Below, piece after piece: positions 59,780-64,000 of a DNA stretch of 64,000 nt (position 1 is the stretch's first letter; each line of letters starts with the position of its first letter). The position numbers and the translations under genes are program-made. The notes beneath the pieces were generated by a model that did not search any database, was not told the DNA's origin, and saw only the letters and a list, made by a program, of their open reading frames with translations. Source of the stretch: Alphaproteobacteria bacterium (GTDB lineage: Bacteria > Pseudomonadota > Alphaproteobacteria > UBA828); the NCBI GenBank assembly GCA_963667785.2, contig CAXXMU010000005.1, forward strand, positions 320,001 through 384,000. Reading direction: 5' to 3'.

Positions 59780-59936
59780 ACAAAAACGCTCCGGCCTTTT
59801 ATCGCTCACGGCAGCCGGCTTGCAGCCGGCGCCGTCGCGCGGGACGCGCGCGGAGCGCACGATGCGGGCGCGCCGCATAAGCGGCGGGCCGCGGTCGCGG
59901 CCTGTCGCGCATCCGTCAAAGACGGACGCGCTGCTA
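59761..59936 (-). repeat. MITE/RIME-like intergenic repeat, copy 2
   Basis: Reverse complement of 52847-53022 with scattered substitutions. Confidence 0.85.
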
Positions 59937-60914
59937 GTGAAGCTGGGGGGTCTTGAGGTACTCGTCGCGGGTGGCGGTGAGCACCCGCACCTCGTGGGGC
60001 TCGCCGTTGCGCATGACGGTGAGCGGCACGGCAACGCCGGCCTCGCCGACCGCCCAGACGCTGCGGAAGAGCTCGACCAGGCTGCCCACGGGCTGCCGGT
60101 TAACCGCCAGCACCTGGTCGCCGACCTGGAGCTCCGCCTGCTCGGCGGGACCCTCCGGCGCCAGGCCCGCGACGACGAGCGCATCATCTACCTCGGTGAC
60201 GTAGGCGCCGAGCCAGGGCCTGGGCGGGCGCTGGGTGCGGCCGAGCGTCTGCATGTCGTCCACGATCGGCTTCAGCAGGTCGATCGGCACGATCATGTTG
60301 CCGTCGAGCGTGTCCTCGCCGCCGGCGCCGGCCTGGCGCACCAGCAGCGAGCCGATGCCGACGAGGCAGCCGTGCCGGTCGATCAGCGCGCTGCCGCCCC
60401 AGTTGGGATGCGGCGGGGCGGTGAACAGCGCCTCGTCGAGCACGTATTCCCAATAGCCGGCGAACTCGCGCTTGGCGGTGACGCGGGCGTTGAGCGAGCG
60501 CCGCCGGCCGCCTTCGCCGGCCACGATCACGTAGTCGCCGACCTCGAGCGCGGCCGAGCTGCCGATCTCCAGCGGGGGCACGCCGAAGCGGCCGAGCGCC
60601 TGCACCAGGCCGAAGCCGGATTCGAAGTCGTAGCCCAGCGCGTGGCCCTCGAGCACGCTGCCGTCGCTCGCCGTCAGCCACACGGAGTCCGCCTCGGCGA
60701 TCAGGTAGCCGATGGTCAGCACTAGGCCGCTCGCCCCGATCAGCACCCCGTTGCCGGTCCTCTCCGTGCCCAGAATGCCGGCGGTGAACGCATCCTCCGC
60801 GATGGTCGCGCGCAGGCTCACCATCGCGCCCAGCGCGCGATCGAGATCGAACGACACCTGCTCCTGCTTCGGCTGGGCCGAGTGCGGGATCTCCCAGTCG
60901 AACTCCTCGCTCAT
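59934..60914 (-). CDS. S1C/HtrA-like trypsin + PDZ protein with atypical active site
   Basis: GNGVLI, LTIGYL, HPNWGGSALI...LVGIG, RPWLG, and GPAEQAEL.VGD (PDZ). Confidence 0.8.
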   Translation of the reverse strand: MSEEFDWEIPHSAQPKQEQVSFDLDRALGAMVSLRATIAEDAFTAGILGTERTGNGVLIGASGLVLTIGYLIAEADSVWLTASDGSVLEGHALGYDFESGFGLVQALGRFGVPPLEIGSSAALEVGDYVIVAGEGGRRRSLNARVTAKREFAGYWEYVLDEALFTAPPHPNWGGSALIDRHGCLVGIGSLLVRQAGAGGEDTLDGNMIVPIDLLKPIVDDMQTLGRTQRPPRPWLGAYVTEVDDALVVAGLAPEGPAEQAELQVGDQVLAVNRQPVGSLVELFRSVWAVGEAGVAVPLTVMRNGEPHEVRVLTATRDEYLKTPQLH

Positions 60915-61023
60915 GCCCCCTGTCCTGACTGTTTTCCCTGGGCCACGCCCCGAAACTATCCCGTCCCCGCCGCACCCTGGCAAGGGGCGTGGCGGGTTGG
61001 AAAGCGGGCCGGGCGGGACCGCC

Positions 61024-62575
61024 TCAGGGCGAGAGATCGCCCCGGAACAGCACGTCGAAGGGGATGCCGTTGACGGTGACGGCGCCGTCGCGGCGGAGGT
61101 CGAACTCGTAGGCATGGACGGCCGCGCCGGTCCCTTCGTCGAGGACCGGCCGGCCGAGCCCCTGGAGCACGACCAGGAACGCCACCGCCGCCTCGTCTCC
61201 CTCCCTCACGGCCAGGGCCAGGAGCTCGCTCAGCCCGGCGATGCGCGCGTTCACGCGGCCGACGAGGCCGAAGAGGCTCGCGGGCTCGATCCGGAGGCTG
61301 CCGTCGGCCCAGAACTCGTATGACGGCGCGCGCGCGTGGATCTCCCGCAGGTCGAGCGCCGTATCGGCCGCATCGAGGTGCGCGAGAACATCGTCCGGCA
61401 GCGAATAGCGCCGGCTCTCGGGCGCTTCGCCCCGCTCCTCGAGGGCGGCAAACGTCTCGGCGAGCCGCCGCAGCGGCAGCCTCTCCAGCGCCAGGTCGAC
61501 GGTGGCCCCCTGGGGCATGAACGCGGACGGCAGGCCGGCAACCCCCTCCCAGTCGAGCAGCAGATCGGAGACCGTGATCCGCGTGGCAAGCTCGGCGTGC
61601 GCCGCGCGGTCGTCGAGTTCCACCTGCCAGACGAGCTCGCCGAGCGCGACACTGTCACCGCCGCCCGGCTCCTCGCGGGAGATCGTCATCGCCAGGTCGC
61701 GGATCGTGACGGTCGAGTCCGATCGCCCCCAGCGGCCCTCGAAGAGGGGCGCAAACGCGAAGTCGAGCGCATCCGGCGCGAGCTCGACCTCGCCGAGCAT
61801 GCCGATGCCGAAGTCGCGGCGCATCTGCAGCACCGCCTCCCGGTCGAGACCCTCGAAACTGCCGGTGACCTCGACCGCCCCGAGCGAGAGGTCCTCGGAC
61901 TCGAGGCCGGAGAGAGACAGCGAGTAGCGGCCGTCCCAGAGCCCGTCGGCGCGCTCGACCAGCTCGTCGGCAAGGACGACCGCCGCGAGCGAGGCGATCG
62001 CCGCGCCGCCCGCGCTCGTGCGCTCGAAGGCCCGCAGCCGCGCGGCGGACACGTCCAGCCGGGTCGCGATCTCCAGGTCCGAGCGCCAGGTGCCGGAAAT
62101 CGCGCTCTCGCCGACGGTGAAGCGCTCCGCCCGCCTGTCGGTCGCCGGCGGCAGGGCCGACTCGAAGTCGTACGCGGCCCCGCCCCGGGGCGTGACCGCG
62201 ATCGCGAGATCGCCCAGATCCAGGAAGTCGCTGCCGCTGGAGGGCTCCGCCAGCCGCGCGCCGGGGAGGTGGACGGTGACGGTGCCGTCCCTCTCCTCGG
62301 CCCACATCGGCTCGGAGAGCGAGAGCCGGAGGCCGTCGGAGCCGGCGCCGAGCCGCTGCTCCAGCCAGTCGGCGATGGGGAGCATGACCCGGCCTTCCCT
62401 GCTGTCGGGATCGACCGGCGCCACGGGAATGATCCGCCCGCCGGGCGCGCCCCTTCGCCCCCTCGGCATGCGCCATCCCCGCCGGGAGCAGCGCGAGGCC
62501 GAGGACGAGCGCGGCGGCGAGTGCGACGAGAGCCGCGCCTGCCCGCCGTCGCAGCCGCAATCCCATTCGTCCCAT
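61024..62575 (-). pseudogene. Exported hypothetical protein split by an apparent 1-nt frameshift
   Basis: The signal peptide (AALVALAAALVLGLALLPAGMAHA) is in one frame and the body is in another. The switch falls at G-runs 62450-62462. Confidence 0.55.
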
Positions 62576-62582
62576 CTCCCGC

Positions 62583-63413
62583 TCAGTCGACGCGCGGGAT
62601 GTCCTCCGTCGGTGTCGTGATCGCGGTGTAGAGATCGGGACGGCGGTCCCTGAACATGGGCCAGGCGCGCCGCGCGGCGAACACCTGCGTTCTCTCCAGC
62701 GTCGCCGTGATCGTCTCGTCGCCGGCGTCGCCGGCCTCGGCGAGCACCTGCGAATCCGGCGCGACGATCATGCTGCGCCCGCCGAAGGTCCACTCCCCCT
62801 CCAGCCCCACCTTGTTGCAGGGCGCGAAGTAGACGCCGTTCTCGAAGGCGCGGGTCTGCATCGTCTCGCGCCAGCAGGCGAAGGGCGGGCAGGCGAAGGG
62901 CACCACGATCAGCTCCGCCCCGTTGACCGCGGCGCAGCGCGCCGATTCCGGGAAGAACGTGTCGTAGCAGATGTTGATTCCGACCCGCCATTCGCCGATG
63001 CGGAACACGGGAAAGTGCGAGCCGTAGCGGAAGTAGATCTTCTCCAGGCTGCGCACCGCCGCCGGGTGCGCCTTGCGGTAGCGGCCGAGGATGGCACCCG
63101 CCGGGTCGATGACGATGGCGCTGTCGTAGCAGAGCCCCGCCGAATCCGCCTCGAAGATGGTGGCGACGATGTGAATGCCGTGCTCGCGCGCCTTCTCGCG
63201 CATGGTCGAGATGGCGATGCCGTCCTCGCCCTCGGCCTCGTCGATATGCGCGTAGTCGCGATACTGGAAGACGTAGGGGTGGTTGAAGAACTCCGGCACG
63301 ACCACGAGATCGGGTTTTTGGGCCGCCACCGCCCGGTCGATGTAGCCTGCCGCGCGGGCCACGTTCTCCGCATGATCGGGCGTGCTGTTCATCTGGATCA
63401 GGCAGAGTTTCAT
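62583..63413 (-). CDS. Carbon-nitrogen hydrolase (nitrilase superfamily)
   Basis: VPEFF, YRKAH, NICYDTFFPE triad, RAFENG. Confidence 0.92.
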   Translation of the reverse strand: MKLCLIQMNSTPDHAENVARAAGYIDRAVAAQKPDLVVVPEFFNHPYVFQYRDYAHIDEAEGEDGIAISTMREKAREHGIHIVATIFEADSAGLCYDSAIVIDPAGAILGRYRKAHPAAVRSLEKIYFRYGSHFPVFRIGEWRVGINICYDTFFPESARCAAVNGAELIVVPFACPPFACWRETMQTRAFENGVYFAPCNKVGLEGEWTFGGRSMIVAPDSQVLAEAGDAGDETITATLERTQVFAARRAWPMFRDRRPDLYTAITTPTEDIPRVD

Positions 63414-63520
63414 CGCACTTCCCCCCGTGCTATCCCGCGCCCGTTGCGCGGCCTCAGCGTAGCGGCAATCGCCGGCGCCGGCCACGGCGGCGCCCTGGGC
63501 AACGAAGGGGGACGGAGCGC

Positions 63521-64000
63521 ATGAGCGAGCACGTGCTCACCACCGCCGTCGTCGGCAGCTATCCGCAGCCGGACTGGCTCGTCGACAGGGACAACCTGGT
63601 GAACAGGCTGCCGCCCAGGGTGCGGGCGCAGGAGATCTGGCGCATCCCGCACGAGCATCTGGAAGAGGCGCAGGAGGCGGCGACTCTGGCCGCGATCAGG
63701 GATCAGGAGCGCGCCGGACTCGACGTCGTCAGCGACGGCGAGATCAGGCGCGAGAGCTATTCCAACCGGCTCGCCACCGCGCTCGGCGGCATCGACAGGG
63801 AGCGGAGCGGCACCGCGATGGACCGAACCGGGAAGCCCGCCGCCGTCCCCCTCGTCTCAGGGCCGATCCGGCGCGAGCGCCCCATCGAGGTGGACGACGT
63901 GCGCTTTCTGCGCGCCAATACCGAGCGCACGATCAAAATCACCCTGCCCGGCCCCTTCACCATGACCCAGCAGGCCGAGAACGCCCATTACCCGGACGAC
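63521..64000 (+). CDS. Cobalamin-independent methionine synthase II family protein (partial, runs off the window)
   Basis: Translated by hand: TTAVVGSYPQPDWL, QERAGLDVVSDGEIRRESY, KITLPGPFTM. Confidence 0.85.
   Translation, partial: MSEHVLTTAVVGSYPQPDWLVDRDNLVNRLPPRVRAQEIWRIPHEHLEEAQEAATLAAIRDQERAGLDVVSDGEIRRESYSNRLATALGGIDRERSGTAMDRTGKPAAVPLVSGPIRRERPIEVDDVRFLRANTERTIKITLPGPFTMTQQAENAHYPDD

Noticed and set aside
1-64000. CRISPR array, rRNA, intact IS transposase, reverse transcriptase/retron
   Set aside because: No regularly spaced repeats or diagnostic motifs were seen by eye.

Overview
GC-rich bacterial chromosome segment, most consistent with an alphaproteobacterium (inference). Bases 1-25.9 kb carry a fixLJ-like pair, a cytochrome P450, a GMC oxidoreductase with a glucose-type ABC importer, zwf-pgl-edd, a smoC-smoEFGK-mtlK polyol operon, a class-III aminotransferase and a TbpB-like lipoprotein. 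Bases 26.1-46.7 kb form a probable composite island integrated at the 3' end of tRNA-Ser(CGA) (46702-46791, minus strand), with a palindromic att-like junction at 26115-26137. The island holds a ~5.5 kb minimal phage-satellite-like module (int, unknown ORF, alpA, split primase, iteron-like repeats), a dead second integrase, a GPP34 protein and a tract of gene relics. It also holds the most unusual unit in the window: a His-rich DUF318/SO_0444-type metal permease fused to an SPFH domain, followed by hflC- and hflK-like genes, a LivJ-type binding protein, znuCB without znuA and a PiT-like transporter, all behind a Zur-box-like site. Bases 46.8-64 kb carry a two-subunit hydroquinone dioxygenase with an orphan CoA-transferase A, assorted catabolic enzymes, a spondin-domain protein, hydroxyproline epimerase, nagA/ROK, two inverted copies of a ~175 bp MITE-like repeat, and a truncated MetE-like gene. 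All family calls come from motif recognition by eye. No searches were run, and start codons are best estimates.
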